Under the pieces are notes generated by a model. The model did no database searches. It was not told where the DNA came from and saw nothing but the letters and a program-made list of their open reading frames with translations. The translations under genes and the position numbers were made by a program. From positions 1-36,622 of IMG/VR virus record IMGVR_UViG_3300025015_000075: 36,622 bases of DNA. One strand, 5' to 3'. Positions 7,810 to 15,838 of the stretch are shown here, piece by piece; within the stretch, counting starts at the first letter, position 1, and the number at the start of each line of letters is the position of its first letter. This DNA is from a virus. Taxonomy: Duplodnaviria > Caudoviricetes.

Positions 7810-8424
7810 ATGATTGCATACCACTGGCTCAAAGAGGATATGACTTCTGAGTATGGCAGCGGGAAGCCATGGAAGATAGGTGACAAACGCACTATTCGCG
7901 GATCAATTGAGTTATGTCGGCGCGGGTATCACTCTTCACCCACGCCATTCGATGGGTTGGAATATGCGCCCGGTCCTGTGCTGTGCTTGGTAGAAGTGAG
8001 CCGGCCTGTTGAAAGTGACACCACCAAACAGGTCAGCCACACGCGCAAGCTCCTCGCCTACGTCAACGTCAGGCGTGAGTTGCGCCAGTTTGTTATCGAT
8101 TGCGTAACACGAGCGCTTATGAAAGAGCGCGAAGCAGAACGCGAACCAAGCCCCCGATCATTTGCCGCCGTGCAAGCAGCACAAGACTACCTCAATGAAC
8201 TTATCAGCACAGAAGAGTTAGGGATGGCGAGGAGCGCGACGAGTGCGGTGTGGGTGACGAGGGTGACGAGGGCGGCGTGGGCGGCGTGGGCGGCGAGTGC
8301 GACGGAGGCGACGAGTGCGGTGTGGGCGGCGAGTGCAGCGTGGGCGGCGGAGGAGAATAAGTGGCAATCCGTACACTTCAACGAACTCGTCACCTGCAAG
8401 CTAAATGAGGTAACACGTGTCTGA
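7810..8424 (+). CDS. Phage protein with N-terminal C..GYH domain and Ala/Trp (AAWAA) low-complexity repeats
   Basis: IELCRRGYHSS...YAPGPVLCLVEV followed by 9-bp-based repeats ~8230-8350. Confidence 0.8.
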   Translation: MIAYHWLKEDMTSEYGSGKPWKIGDKRTIRGSIELCRRGYHSSPTPFDGLEYAPGPVLCLVEVSRPVESDTTKQVSHTRKLLAYVNVRRELRQFVIDCVTRALMKEREAEREPSPRSFAAVQAAQDYLNELISTEELGMARSATSAVWVTRVTRAAWAAWAASATEATSAVWAASAAWAAEENKWQSVHFNELVTCKLNEVTRV

Positions 8425-8497
8425 TCCTCTACTCATCTGCATTTTCGTCGTCGTAGTCACGGCCTTTGCCCTGTACTGGGGAATACCGTGGGACTAA
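8417..8497 (+). CDS. Single-TM micropeptide (26 aa)
   Basis: GAGG RBS; MSDPLLICIFVVVVTAFALYWGIPWD. Confidence 0.5.
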   Translation: MSDPLLICIFVVVVTAFALYWGIPWD

Positions 8498-8520
8498 GAA
8501 TACTCTAATGGCTTTTACTG

Positions 8521-8760
8521 ATGGTCAATCTTGGATTGTTATTGGGGGATACCATGGGAATGATTCGCGAACTCGACTGGACTCTCTGGATGCCAGCGTG
8601 TAACGGTGGTGAAGTCAAGCCATATTTTCTACGCCGCTGGCATCCTACGGCAGACTGCTATGCCAGGGATAAAGCGGGTAAACTCCGTCGTTTCAAGACC
8701 TATGCCAGTGCGAAGCGAGCAGCAGACAAGGAGAATCATGGAGCCACTAGAGCCGGCTAG
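8521..8760 (+). CDS. Hypothetical basic protein (start uncertain)
   Basis: C-terminal GKLRRFKTYASAKRAADKEN looks protein-like. Confidence 0.55.
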   Translation: MVNLGLLLGDTMGMIRELDWTLWMPACNGGEVKPYFLRRWHPTADCYARDKAGKLRRFKTYASAKRAADKENHGATRAG

Positions 8761-8859
8761 ACCAGAGCCTTCGATCAGCCGCCTTATATCTGAGCGGCTT
8801 GGCTAAGGCATGGGGCCATCACGTCGTCTATGTAACCAGGGAGGGAAAGGTGATAGACC

Positions 8860-9069
8860 TTGGAACCCGCTAGTTGGACCACACCGCCTGAGCCCGTTGA
8901 CCTGACAGATGTGGACCTGCCTCGCCACTGTGAGTGTGGTGCCTTCCTCCCTTACTCAAACAAGTGGGAAGTCGAGGAAGATGATGAACTCATAGCGTCT
9001 GTTCAGTGTCGTAAATGTGGGGCAGCCGTATCCCGTGTGTTGACTACAAGGAGCAACAGCAGGTTTTAA
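8860..9069 (+). CDS. Zn-ribbon protein
   Basis: CECG...CRKCG; AAGGTG RBS. Confidence 0.7.
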   Translation: MEPASWTTPPEPVDLTDVDLPRHCECGAFLPYSNKWEVEEDDELIASVQCRKCGAAVSRVLTTRSNSRF

Positions 9070-9123
9070 CTGTGAAAGTGGGTTGCCCTAGCCATATGCG
9101 GGAATATGCGGTAACATGCGGGT

Positions 9124-9486
9124 ATGTTCTGCTACTACTGCGGGCTACCTGCCGACAGCATCGATCATGTGGTTCCCCAGTCCATTCTGGAAGCAGCAGT
9201 CATGGCCGGTGACATGGAGTCTTACCTCGGCCTGATTGGTTGGGGACGTACGCTCATTGTCAAGTCATGCCGCCAATGCAACTCACTACTAGGCGCTTCG
9301 CTTCAGCACACACTGGCCGAGCGCAAGGCAGAGTTAAAAGCCAGGCTCAAGCGCAAGTTGGCACGAGACTTGAATATGCCGGACTGGACTGAGGTTGAGT
9401 TAGAAGAACTTGGCCCACGTCTACGACAAGTAGTAACAGATGGGTTGGAGCGCAAGCACCAAGCCCAAGCGAGGTTGAGATGGTAA
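9124..9486 (+). CDS. HNH endonuclease
   Basis: CYYCG...DHVVP...CRQCNSLLG. Confidence 0.85.
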   Translation: MFCYYCGLPADSIDHVVPQSILEAAVMAGDMESYLGLIGWGRTLIVKSCRQCNSLLGASLQHTLAERKAELKARLKRKLARDLNMPDWTEVELEELGPRLRQVVTDGLERKHQAQARLRW

Positions 9487-9632
9487 AGACCATGAACCAA
9501 AAGCGGTGGCGACGCAACACAGTCGAAGTCAAGTGCGCCTACTGCGGCAGTCCATTCATGCAGCAGACCCCATGGCAGAGGTTCTGCTGTGACTCGCATA
9601 AGACGATGGCCCTTCGTGAGAAGAAGTCGTGA
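9480..9632 (+). CDS. Small Zn-finger protein (50 aa)
   Basis: Manual translation ...VKCAYCGSPFMQQTPWQRFCCDSHK...; GAGG RBS. Confidence 0.65.
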   Translation: MVKTMNQKRWRRNTVEVKCAYCGSPFMQQTPWQRFCCDSHKTMALREKKS

Positions 9633-9830
9633 GTGATGGCACGTATCGAGGGCCTCCCGCACTGGACGAACACGAGAGAGGGACATAAGCCTTCGAAGAC
9701 CCGGTTTGGGCCGAGTCACGAGGTCAAGGCCGGCGCACACGCACACGGCAAGAAGCTGCGTAATCGGCAGCAGAGAAGGAGAGAACGCAGATGGCTCAAG
9801 CCACAGATCTACACGTCCGTTGGTGTGTGA
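9633..9830 (+). CDS. Small basic hypothetical protein
   Basis: Arg/Lys-rich ORF in operon. Confidence 0.55.
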   Translation: MMARIEGLPHWTNTREGHKPSKTRFGPSHEVKAGAHAHGKKLRNRQQRRRERRWLKPQIYTSVGV

Positions 9831-9940
9831 AGTGCAAGGACGACCGGGTTCATCGGGTCTACATGGAAGGCGACGAGAACGTGGTGACAGTCAAGACTGT
9901 GTGCCTGGCCTGTGGTTGGGATGAAGAGAGAGTGTGTTAA
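9827..9940 (+). CDS. Small Zn-ribbon-like protein (37 aa)
   Basis: GTGA coupling; MKCKDDRVH...VCLACGWDEERVC. Confidence 0.5.
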   Translation: MKCKDDRVHRVYMEGDENVVTVKTVCLACGWDEERVC

Positions 9941-9965
9941 GCTAGGCCTGGCTTCGCCCTCGACA

Positions 9966-9997
9966 GCAGCGCCGCCTCACAAGGGCGGCGTCTTGCT
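9966..9997. terminator. GC-rich hairpin between convergent transcription units
   Basis: cgccgcct-cacaa-gggcggcg. Confidence 0.5.
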
Positions 9998-10092
9998 ATC
10001 CAAGTACAGTCTTTAGTCCTTCGTACACGAGATAACCAAGCAACCGAGCATCTTATATCCCTATAGGGAGAAAAGAAGAGGACTTTGCATGG

Positions 10093-11181
10093 TTAGCTTT
10101 CAAGTCGTGTCTTGAGGTCTTCGACCCATTCATCCTGATAACTTGTCTTCTCACAGGCCAGGAGCAAGAGGACTGGTGTAGGGTAAATCCAATTGCGCCC
10201 ACCAGACCTCGCCATCTTGAGTCCCAGAGTCCTGATGTCAGACGCTACTTGCCAAGCATTAATGTCTGGGTAGCCATTACGCCGTAGATATTCACTCACG
10301 TCTGTGCTTACATTGAGACGGTGCCAGCCAAGCGTCCTATCCCAGGGTTCTTGGTCAGCTAGCAGTTCAATTACTCGCCCCAAGATAACTGCCTTCCGGT
10401 CGTAAGCAGCAGCTTCGAGCAGTCCCTCTTGGTGAAATGCGATCTGCGCCTCGGCCCATGCAATCCATTCGTTGTCACCTAAACTCTTGGCAACATGTAG
10501 CACTGGCCACCATGTTGACTCGATACGTCCGTTAACCGACAGCTCGGTGCTGACAGAGATAGAGGTAGCAAGCGCCGCGATCTCATTGCAATTAGCAAGG
10601 AAAGGCGGATAAGGGGGAGATCGATGTGTCGTTGTAATCGTGAGAAATCGCGAAACAATAGCTGGATCAATTAACTCATTGCGTGAGTGAACTACAGTAG
10701 CGCCAAAAACATTGACTTCTGTACGCTCGAATGGTCCATTGGTAAACTTCTGCTGCTTGAGTGCAATGGTGCTAAGAGCCCGTTCAGTTCGGCTATGAAA
10801 GAACGTATAAGCCGATGATGGATCGTTGAGTTGGTCAAATTCCTCACAGAATGCCGTCTTCTCATACGCATCTCCCAACTTGTCGCGTGTCTCGGGCGTA
10901 CTTAACCGGATACAAGAGAAGGAGACGGCGGAAGATTCATCCATCGCCTTAAGGGCATCGATGATAGTGGACTTTCCTGAACCTGAAGGACCAACAATAG
11001 CCAGTCCTGGGAAAGTTTGCATCTGCTTGATGTTGATGCTAGCTATTCGCCAATAGATAGCCTTCTTAGCCTGATTAACGTCGAGTTTGGCTGATGCACA
11101 TAAGCCTTCAATGATTGCAGACACCGATGTCAATGGAGTTGTAATCATTTTGCTCTCTCTTCCTCGCGGCATGACGCACAT
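10093..11181 (-). CDS. P-loop/AAA+ ATPase with probable C-terminal winged helix (replication helicase-like)
   Basis: Walker A GPSGSGKST, Walker B AFCEEFD, Arg-finger-like IVSRF; real start possibly the ATG at 11148. Confidence 0.75.
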   Translation of the reverse strand: MCVMPRGRESKMITTPLTSVSAIIEGLCASAKLDVNQAKKAIYWRIASINIKQMQTFPGLAIVGPSGSGKSTIIDALKAMDESSAVSFSCIRLSTPETRDKLGDAYEKTAFCEEFDQLNDPSSAYTFFHSRTERALSTIALKQQKFTNGPFERTEVNVFGATVVHSRNELIDPAIVSRFLTITTTHRSPPYPPFLANCNEIAALATSISVSTELSVNGRIESTWWPVLHVAKSLGDNEWIAWAEAQIAFHQEGLLEAAAYDRKAVILGRVIELLADQEPWDRTLGWHRLNVSTDVSEYLRRNGYPDINAWQVASDIRTLGLKMARSGGRNWIYPTPVLLLLACEKTSYQDEWVEDLKTRLES

Positions 11182-11663
11182 TGTCCATAGGCAATAAACA
11201 GTGGGCCAATCACAACAGCGGATGGATAAACTCCATCGGCATCATAAGAGCCACAGAGATCACAGGTAGAGTCTTCGTGTTTGGAAAGCGGCTTTGGCAT
11301 CGTGCAGCCACAATGAAGGAAGTCCTCCCAAAGTGCTATGGCTACAGGTCGAGGCCCTGCATCTTTGGTAAGATGCTTGCAATGCGGGATGCTGCCACTC
11401 AGAAGCCCGGCCAGCACCCAATCAATTTTCTTCTGCAACCGTGGGCCTGCCTCATGATAGGCTTTCTCGTAATCAGGGTTATTGTTTGACCAAGTGAGAA
11501 TACGCTGTTCTAAATCACTGCCAGCAGCCTGTACTTGATCCTGCACATGTAACGGGAGCGTATCCCTCATTGCCTTGGCTAACCTAGATCGCTGATCATC
11601 ACTAAGTTGGCTGATGTTACGAGCCATCTCTTGTCGTGTTCTTCGGTTCAAAAGGAAAACCAC
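11145..11663 (-). CDS. Cys-rich Zn-binding hypothetical protein
   Basis: CKH...CGC...CDLC...CASC; coupled to the ATPase. Confidence 0.7.
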   Translation of the reverse strand: MVFLLNRRTRQEMARNISQLSDDQRSRLAKAMRDTLPLHVQDQVQAAGSDLEQRILTWSNNNPDYEKAYHEAGPRLQKKIDWVLAGLLSGSIPHCKHLTKDAGPRPVAIALWEDFLHCGCTMPKPLSKHEDSTCDLCGSYDADGVYPSAVVIGPLFIAYGQCASCREEERAK

Positions 11664-11759
11664 CTATCCATCAGTCATCCAAGACTGAGCGCTTCCACAC
11701 ACCCAGCGAGGACGACCAGTGGAAGGTGGCCAGTTCCTGTCTCTGATTATACGCCCTCC

Positions 11760-12005
11760 TCAGGCGGGCGCAATTTCCTTTATCAGTGCTTCCTCGTACC
11801 GCTTCATCAGCTTCAGGCTCCACATACGCTTACCCAGCTCCAGGTCGGAGAGGTACGGCTGGGTGTAGCCCATGCGCACGGCCAGTTGAAGCAGCGTGAG
11901 TCCGCGCTGCCTGCGTGCGTTGCGCATGTGCGCGCCCACCTTCTTCGAGTCCGGCAGCTGGCCTGTGCCCTGGCAGTGAGGGCACTCACGAATTAACTGG
12001 GCCAA
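11760..12005 (-). CDS. XRE/Cro-C1 HTH regulator with N-terminal CxxCxGxG knuckle
   Basis: MRNARRQRGLTLLQLAVRMGYTQPYLSDLELGKR; CPHCQGTG; divergent from P2. Confidence 0.88.
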   Translation of the reverse strand: MAQLIRECPHCQGTGQLPDSKKVGAHMRNARRQRGLTLLQLAVRMGYTQPYLSDLELGKRMWSLKLMKRYEEALIKEIAPA

Positions 12006-12020
12006 AGGTGTTTCTCCCTC

Positions 12021-12048
12021 TTGACACTAGAGCTAACATGGTTATACT
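12021..12048 (+). promoter_or_regulatory. Sigma70-type promoter P2
   Basis: TTGACA-16 nt-TATACT; 23/29 identical to the P1 region. Confidence 0.8.
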
Positions 12049-12082
12049 CGCAGGAGTTGAATCTGTCAAGGAGGGGTGAAGT

Positions 12083-12397
12083 GTGAAGGCGAAGCGGTGG
12101 CGGTACGAAAAACTGGCCCTCGGTGGATGGGTGGTGAGCGATAACCGAGCAGGCGATGCATTTATCTGCGACTCAGAGGCAGCAGCCGCACGTGCCGTTG
12201 TCATCCTCAATACACTCGAGGCTGAGGCTGCTAGGTGGAGGGAGTTAGCTGAAGGATTACAGCACGCTCTTCGAGTAGCTGGTCATGAGCCAGTGAGGTG
12301 GAACGGGGATAAGAAGCTACCAGCACAGCACGGGATGTTCTGTGCGACCTGCCGTATGCTGGCCGACTACAACCAGGCCATGAGGGGTGAAGGGTGA
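12083..12397 (+). CDS. Hypothetical protein
   Basis: AAGGAGG RBS. Confidence 0.75.
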   Translation: MKAKRWRYEKLALGGWVVSDNRAGDAFICDSEAAAARAVVILNTLEAEAARWRELAEGLQHALRVAGHEPVRWNGDKKLPAQHGMFCATCRMLADYNQAMRGEG

Positions 12398-12966
12398 GCG
12401 AGACATGGGTTAAGCGCGGTGCTCAGGGACAACACGACGAAGAAGGTTGGATTATCGAGATTGGTGGTGGGTTAAGACTTCGCACCCCTTCCCTCTACGA
12501 CGTAGCGCATGCAATGGGAAAGTCACATCACGATACCGAAGTATGGCAGCGGTACAACGCCCTACCTAACGAGATGGTTGCAATGCAGGCCGACCTAAAG
12601 CAGGCGCGCGACCGCAGCGAGGAGCTAAAGCTAGCGTTGGATAAAGCTCGTGAGGTACTTGCTGTCCGAGCTCACGATGGTACGGACATGAATGCCGTGG
12701 CGCTGTACAACAAGCGGCTTGCAGACGAGGCAGGGGCCCGCATCGAGGCGCTGGAGCACGACCGAGACGGTTACAAGCAGGCGCTAGATGACGCTCACCG
12801 TAGTTACAAGGCCACCATCGAGGCGCTGGAGCAGGAGAACGAGCGGCTTGCGGCGGCGCTGGACATGACGCTATCGAACGCCGTATCGGTCTCACGCAAG
12901 GAAGAAGTCGCTCGCGCTGCCCTCGCTGACTACCGCGCCCACCAGGGCAAGGAGGAGAAGGGATGA
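12394..12966 (+). CDS. Coiled-coil hypothetical protein
   Basis: GTGA coupling; repeated IEALE segments. Confidence 0.75.
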   Translation: MSETWVKRGAQGQHDEEGWIIEIGGGLRLRTPSLYDVAHAMGKSHHDTEVWQRYNALPNEMVAMQADLKQARDRSEELKLALDKAREVLAVRAHDGTDMNAVALYNKRLADEAGARIEALEHDRDGYKQALDDAHRSYKATIEALEQENERLAAALDMTLSNAVSVSRKEEVARAALADYRAHQGKEEKG

Positions 12967-13187
12967 ACCTGATAACTGACGTGCTTCGTTGTGTCTCCTG
13001 CGATGTGCGCCCCATCGATGGAACCTGCCCATTCTGTGGTAAGGCAATGTGTAATGGCTGCGGACGATTTCATCACTGCCTCAACGAGGCGGACCGGTGC
13101 CCCGACTGCGGCGGTGCTGGCGGAATCGATGAGCCGTGCGACGTCTGTGGTAGGATAGCAGCCTGCCCGCCAGGAGCCAGCCGGTGA
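12963..13187 (+). CDS. Cys-rich multi-Zn-finger protein
   Basis: Multiple CxxC; ATGA coupling; AAGGAGG RBS. Confidence 0.7.
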   Translation: MNLITDVLRCVSCDVRPIDGTCPFCGKAMCNGCGRFHHCLNEADRCPDCGGAGGIDEPCDVCGRIAACPPGASR

Positions 13188-13331
13188 GTAACACGCGAAT
13201 AACAAAGCGCGATTAAGCCAGCCCTATGACGAGGGATGGCGTTCGATTCTTGCTCGCTTGGATATGCTTTGGCGCTACGAGCATGGGCATGATTTGCAGT
13301 GGGCAGGTGTTGGCGCAATGAGGAAACGGCC

Positions 13332-13547
13332 ATGAGTGAGCCAGCACCTGTCTACTACACAAACGACCTGATGCGCCGGCTCGTGCGCTTCCTTGCAGCT
13401 CAGCACTACGGGCGCATATACATCAAGCATCCCCGCCTGCACAACGTCCACACCTACCACATAGAAGGCCAGGATTGTGAAGCGTGTAAGCTCTGGCGTG
13501 AACTCAAGGCGTACGTGGAGTTAACCTCTGCGCCACAAGAACGTTAA
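13332..13547 (+). CDS. Hypothetical protein
   Basis: GAGGA RBS before ATG 13332; H...CxxC. Confidence 0.6.
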   Translation: MSEPAPVYYTNDLMRRLVRFLAAQHYGRIYIKHPRLHNVHTYHIEGQDCEACKLWRELKAYVELTSAPQER

Positions 13548-13658
13548 TACCTATGTGAAGGAGGTGATGACTCACGCCAAGACCGAGCGAGATGTCACAG
13601 CCAGGGGCTCACCGAGCTGGCTAATCTTAACGAGTGAGCATAGATGAAAGGACGCCAC

Positions 13659-14276
13659 ATGAAGAAAGCAATCCTCTTTACCGCAGTCGTGCTGCTCGCC
13701 GGCACCGTGTTCAATGGCACGGCCATCGCTGGCGGACCAGGTTCCCTCACCATCGTAGTTGAGACTTCGCCCCGTGACCGGGATGTGCGCTTCCACTACG
13801 ACACCAGCGAATCCCTCGGAGCCAGCTCAGTACCAGGCTTCACCCTCACGGACGATGACCGGCGTGATGCGCGGCGTAAGTTCGAAGAGCTGAGCGGCGG
13901 GCGCTACCGCATTACCCAGGACACCCCTTCAGGTTGGAACCTGGATGACGTAAACTGTGACGGTGACAAAGACACCGACATCGACATCGACGGCGAGCGC
14001 TTGACTATCACCCTGGATGGTGCAGAGAACATCACCTGCACGTTCTACAACACGAAGGATGAACCAACCCCGACTCCCACTGTGGTCCCTGTTAGCACTC
14101 CAGTGCCTCCTGCTCCTACTCGTGAGCCTACTGTTCCTTGTGTCATTGGCTCTGAGGTCGTTGTTCTAGTGGGGCTGCGCTGCCCACAGCCCACACCCAC
14201 GGCAACGGCGACGCCAGTTGTGCAGGTGGCCCAGATACGCCCTCCAGCCACAGGTGACGCGGGACTACTCCCATAG
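13659..14276 (+). CDS. Secreted prealbumin/SpaA-like Ig-fold protein with PT-rich linker and PPATG tail
   Basis: Signal peptide MKKAILFTAVVLLAG; GRYRITQDTPSGWNLDDVNC...ITCTFYN; PTPT linker; ends IRPPATGDAGLLP. Confidence 0.8.
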   Translation: MKKAILFTAVVLLAGTVFNGTAIAGGPGSLTIVVETSPRDRDVRFHYDTSESLGASSVPGFTLTDDDRRDARRKFEELSGGRYRITQDTPSGWNLDDVNCDGDKDTDIDIDGERLTITLDGAENITCTFYNTKDEPTPTPTVVPVSTPVPPAPTREPTVPCVIGSEVVVLVGLRCPQPTPTATATPVVQVAQIRPPATGDAGLLP

Positions 14277-14287
14277 AAAGGGTTGGA

Positions 14288-14581
14288 ATGTACACCGAAC
14301 GAATGGATCAAACGACCGGACGAATGGATCAAACGACCGGCGCTCCTGATCGCGTAGGCATGGAGGGCATAGTCTCTTATGCCGACCAGGTAGATGCGGC
14401 TGCACACGACGTAGAATCAGCCTGGGATTACTTCCAGAATGGCAGTAATGGGCGGTCATCATCCAGTGACTCCACGTCACCGCCACGCTCCAACGACAAA
14501 CTGGAGGCTACGCAGTCCACCTTACGGGAAGCTGTTAACCTACTGGCGAGAATTGCCCAGGACATTCGCAGTCGCGCATAG
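14288..14581 (+). CDS. Hypothetical protein with 21-bp tandem duplication (14299-14340)
   Basis: RMDQTTG x2; AAAGGG RBS. Confidence 0.65.
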   Translation: MYTERMDQTTGRMDQTTGAPDRVGMEGIVSYADQVDAAAHDVESAWDYFQNGSNGRSSSSDSTSPPRSNDKLEATQSTLREAVNLLARIAQDIRSRA

Positions 14582-14610
14582 GTGACACGGGGCTTCTGCC
14601 GTAGTACACT
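14582..14610 (+). promoter_or_regulatory. Sigma70-type promoter for candidate sRNA
   Basis: GTGACA-17 nt-TACACT. Confidence 0.65.
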
Positions 14611-14616
14611 AAACTC

Positions 14617-14695
14617 GGCGCAGGCGTGATTGCTGAGACCTGCACTACCTCCTTGCTGCCCCCGGTGGAGTCCCTTCTGCCGGGGGTAAACTTTT
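14617..14695 (+). ncRNA. Candidate ~80-nt small regulatory RNA with anti-Shine-Dalgarno linker
   Basis: Own promoter, 5' hairpin (GCAGG/CCUGC), single-stranded ACUACCUCCUUGCU, 13-bp terminator stem plus U tract; no plausible ORF. Confidence 0.6.
14658..14695 (+). terminator. Intrinsic terminator
   Basis: gcccccggtggag-tccc-ttctgccgggggt-aaactttt. Confidence 0.75.
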
Positions 14696-14729
14696 GTCTA
14701 AATGGGTAGATTTACACAGGTTTATCCCC

Positions 14730-14759
14730 TTGACTGTGCGCTGTACCAGAGTCCATACT
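14730..14759 (+). promoter_or_regulatory. Putative promoter of the recombination operon
   Basis: TTGACT-18 nt-CATACT with ctgtac repeats (14741, 14765). Confidence 0.5.
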
Positions 14760-14793
14760 CCACCCTGTACTACACGGAAGGAGGAGGTGCCTA

Positions 14794-14949
14794 TTGGCCA
14801 AGATTAAAGTGCCACGGCTCAAGTGTCAGCAGTGCGGCCATGACTGGACGCCACGCAATAGTGACGTGCGCCAGTGTCCTGGCTGCCATAGCGTATGGTG
14901 GGACAGGCCCAAGGAAGTAAAGGAGAATGCCCATGAACACAACGATTGA
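14794..14949 (+). CDS. Small Zn-ribbon DNA-binding protein (51 aa)
   Basis: GGAGGAGGTG RBS, TTG start; LKCQQCGHDWTPR...CPGCHSVWWDRPK; missed by ORF track. Confidence 0.8.
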   Translation: MAKIKVPRLKCQQCGHDWTPRNSDVRQCPGCHSVWWDRPKEVKENAHEHND

Positions 14950-15199
14950 AACTCCAAAAGTCATGAAGGAGCGCACCTTTAGCAGGAAAACACTCCAGTG
15001 GTTAGCAGAAGAGCGGCCACACCTTTACTCAGCCATTACCGAAGCCTACGCTGAGTGGAAGCGCAACGGCCCCAGAGCCAACTTCTTCCGTTCCTACAGC
15101 GCCGAGCAGTTGGCCAAGGCTGAAGCCATTGCACTCAGGAACCTTGCTGATGTGCAGGCTCGACTTGCTCGAATCGCTGCCGCTAAGGAAGGCAAGTAG
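14933..15199 (+). CDS. Hypothetical protein
   Basis: AAGGAG RBS; start 14927 or 14933. Confidence 0.7.
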   Translation: MNTTIETPKVMKERTFSRKTLQWLAEERPHLYSAITEAYAEWKRNGPRANFFRSYSAEQLAKAEAIALRNLADVQARLARIAAAKEGK

Positions 15200-15202
15200 A
15201 CC

Positions 15203-15838
15203 ATGAACGACCTGCTCGAAGAGCTCAACTCACTAACCCCTGAAGTCCTCGACCAGAACGAGCTACGTGCTGGTAGGCGTAAGGCCCCCTGGGTCAAGGT
15301 CTACAACGAGTTCGAAGCCGACACCACGTTCAGTGAAGGCGTCGGCAGGGATGGCAAACGCCTGCTTGTGCTCAAGTGGACGAACATGCGCATCCTCGAC
15401 AGCGATACCCCCTGGACTGGGACAGAGGACGAGGACGAGTTCCCCTTCAGCGACCGCGCCAACTCCAAGATGGGCTTCTTGATTAAGAGCGCTGCTACCC
15501 ACGGTGCCAGCCCAGTAACCAAGCTCAATGAACATCGCGTCCATTACAAGCTGGGTCTGTGGCAGCAAAAGAACGCGGACGGAACAGTACGACTCAATGA
15601 CAAGGGCTTCCCTGCCTACGAGTTATGGTACTGGGAGGTTATCGGCGTTGGTGCTGGCAACGTGAACGGTGCCAAGCCCGCGCTTAGTAACGAGGACTTC
15701 GAGGCCAAGCTACCACTCGTGGTGGGACAGACCCACGCCAGCGCTATCCAACTCGCCGGTGCCGAGGTCGTGAGCAAAGGGCTGCTCTCCAAGCGCATCT
15801 CCCAGGTTGACGGCGTGTACCAACTGGTGAGTGCGTAA
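15203..15838 (+). CDS. Putative ssDNA-binding/OB-fold protein
   Basis: Beta-rich, aromatic; position ahead of exonuclease/Sak4. Function is contextual inference. Confidence 0.45.
   Translation: MNDLLEELNSLTPEVLDQNELRAGRRKAPWVKVYNEFEADTTFSEGVGRDGKRLLVLKWTNMRILDSDTPWTGTEDEDEFPFSDRANSKMGFLIKSAATHGASPVTKLNEHRVHYKLGLWQQKNADGTVRLNDKGFPAYELWYWEVIGVGAGNVNGAKPALSNEDFEAKLPLVVGQTHASAIQLAGAEVVSKGLLSKRISQVDGVYQLVSA

Noticed and set aside
14600-14659. Minus-strand micro-ORF behind AAGGAGG
   Set aside because: GTG is only 2 nt from the SD, and promoter and terminator polarity favour a plus-strand RNA.
14702-14976. ORF-track ORFs 14702-14920 (+) and 14791-14976 (-)
   Set aside because: The 14794-14949 Zn-ribbon frame has the strong RBS and a recognisable motif.
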